Part shown: positions 63,315 to 64,000 of the stretch, one piece after another | How the letters are laid out: each line of letters begins with the position of its first letter | Numbering within the stretch: position 1 is the stretch's first letter | NCBI GenBank assembly: GCA_026986775.1 | Contig: JALSNX010000028.1 | Coordinates: forward strand, 7,609-71,608 | Source of the DNA: a candidate division WOR-3 bacterium | GTDB lineage: Bacteria > Hydrothermota > Hydrothermia > UBA1063 > CAJXJZ01 | Direction of reading: 5' to 3' | DNA length: 64,000 nt | Notes under the pieces: model-generated | Databases searched by the model: none | Told to the model about the DNA's origin: nothing | What the model saw: the letters and a program-made list of their open reading frames with translations, nothing else | Made by a program: the position numbers and the translations under genes

Positions 63315-64000
63315 TTACAGGCTATAAAGGGGTATACTGGTGTTTATCTGCAAAGCTTTTATTATTTCTTTAGCCTGCCTCATTGCTTTTTCAGCCCCTT
63401 TAAGGTCTCCTTTACTCTTCAATGCTTTCGCATAATCCCTTAAAAACATTGCTTTAATCTTTGAATTTTCAGGCAGAACCCGAAGGACACGGTTATAAAC
63501 CCTTTTTACATGCTTTTTATCTCCTGATACAGCCTCAACCAGCACTCTCAATTTGTAGTACACGGTATAAAATGGTATGATTTCTGTTATCTCACCATCA
63601 ATATTTTCAAGCTGTTCCATCTCCTTTACTATGGTCTTAAATCTATTTAGATTTCTGAGTTTTATAAAGTGAACCATCATCTTCAGGACTTCAAACCTCT
63701 TATCCTTATACTGTGATTTTACATCTATTTTCTTTTTAGGCATGAGGTAATTAATATAGAAATAATCTCTCAATATCCTGGCATACTCTTCAAGTTCAGG
63801 TGCCTCCTCCATGGCAATGGTTACAATACGCTCTACGAAACGCTGACCCTCTTCCACATCAACATTTTCCGCATTAATCAGGGCAAGTCCAAACATGGAA
63901 TTTATTATCGTGAAATGGTCCCTGATTATTTTTGCATATTGCCATGTACTCTTGAAGTAAAGCTCTGCCTTGGCATGGTCTCCAAGAAGGTAAGCAATCC
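63315..64000 (-). CDS. helical-repeat (TPR-like) hypothetical protein, C-terminal part; reading frame stays open to the right window edge
   Basis: The track starts it at ATG 63896, but my translation upstream stays open (...IAYLLGDHAKAELYFKSTWQYAKIIRDHFTIINS-MFGLALI...), so the gene probably begins beyond 64000. Confidence 0.45.
   Translation of the reverse strand, partial: IAYLLGDHAKAELYFKSTWQYAKIIRDHFTIINSMFGLALINAENVDVEEGQRFVERIVTIAMEEAPELEEYARILRDYFYINYLMPKKKIDVKSQYKDKRFEVLKMMVHFIKLRNLNRFKTIVKEMEQLENIDGEITEIIPFYTVYYKLRVLVEAVSGDKKHVKRVYNRVLRVLPENSKIKAMFLRDYAKALKSKGDLKGAEKAMRQAKEIIKALQINTSIPLYSL

Noticed and set aside
1-64000. Search by eye for tRNA, rRNA, CRISPR repeats, IS elements, integrases and long direct or inverted repeats
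   Set aside because: All gaps are 201 nt or shorter. None shows cloverleaf-compatible arms or repeat-spacer periodicity, and no ORF resembles a transposase or recombinase. A computational scan (tRNAscan-SE, Infernal/Rfam, self-dotplot) is still advisable.

Overview
AT-rich bacterial chromosomal window with 53 coding regions and very little intergenic space. 52 genes are on the minus strand and only the DAK2-DegV gene at 31916..33706 is on the plus strand. Many junctions overlap by 4-44 nt. I found no rRNA, tRNA, CRISPR array, transposase or integrase. The cell is diderm (BamA, LptF/G-family permease, PorV/FadL-like barrel, a protease with a T9SS-type C-terminal sorting domain). Several features suggest a thermophilic, deep-branching or uncultured lineage: two GH57 enzymes, pyruvoyl arginine decarboxylase, two aminopropyltransferases and a GpgS/MpgS-like transferase. 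No taxon can be assigned from sequence alone. Housekeeping genes: holB (partial), uvrA, fhs, nnr, topA, clpC, bamA, ftsK, era, nth, miaB and a leuD-leuB-leuC-leuD cluster. Items worth a second look: (1) a gingipain-type C25 protease whose prodomain is a separate secreted ORF immediately downstream; (2) a type IV pilin with a sigma54-like promoter and twin palindromes, followed by an ABC ATPase, ABC-2 permease, a TPR protein with a pseudopilin-like tail and an AT-rich 675-aa polytopic protein; (3) a complete polyamine operon preceded by a consensus promoter and two in-frame, abutting mini-ORFs in front of the AdoMet decarboxylase gene; (4) a DAK2 (FakA-like) + DegV (FakB-like) single-chain fusion driven from back-to-back promoters that share a palindromic -35 and look leaderless; (5) an HD-GYP-GAF-GGDEF protein and a lone receiver heading an alpha-glucan gene block that includes a nucleotidyltransferase fused to an apparently degenerate phosphohexomutase domain. 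All functional calls rest on motif recognition by eye and need database confirmation.
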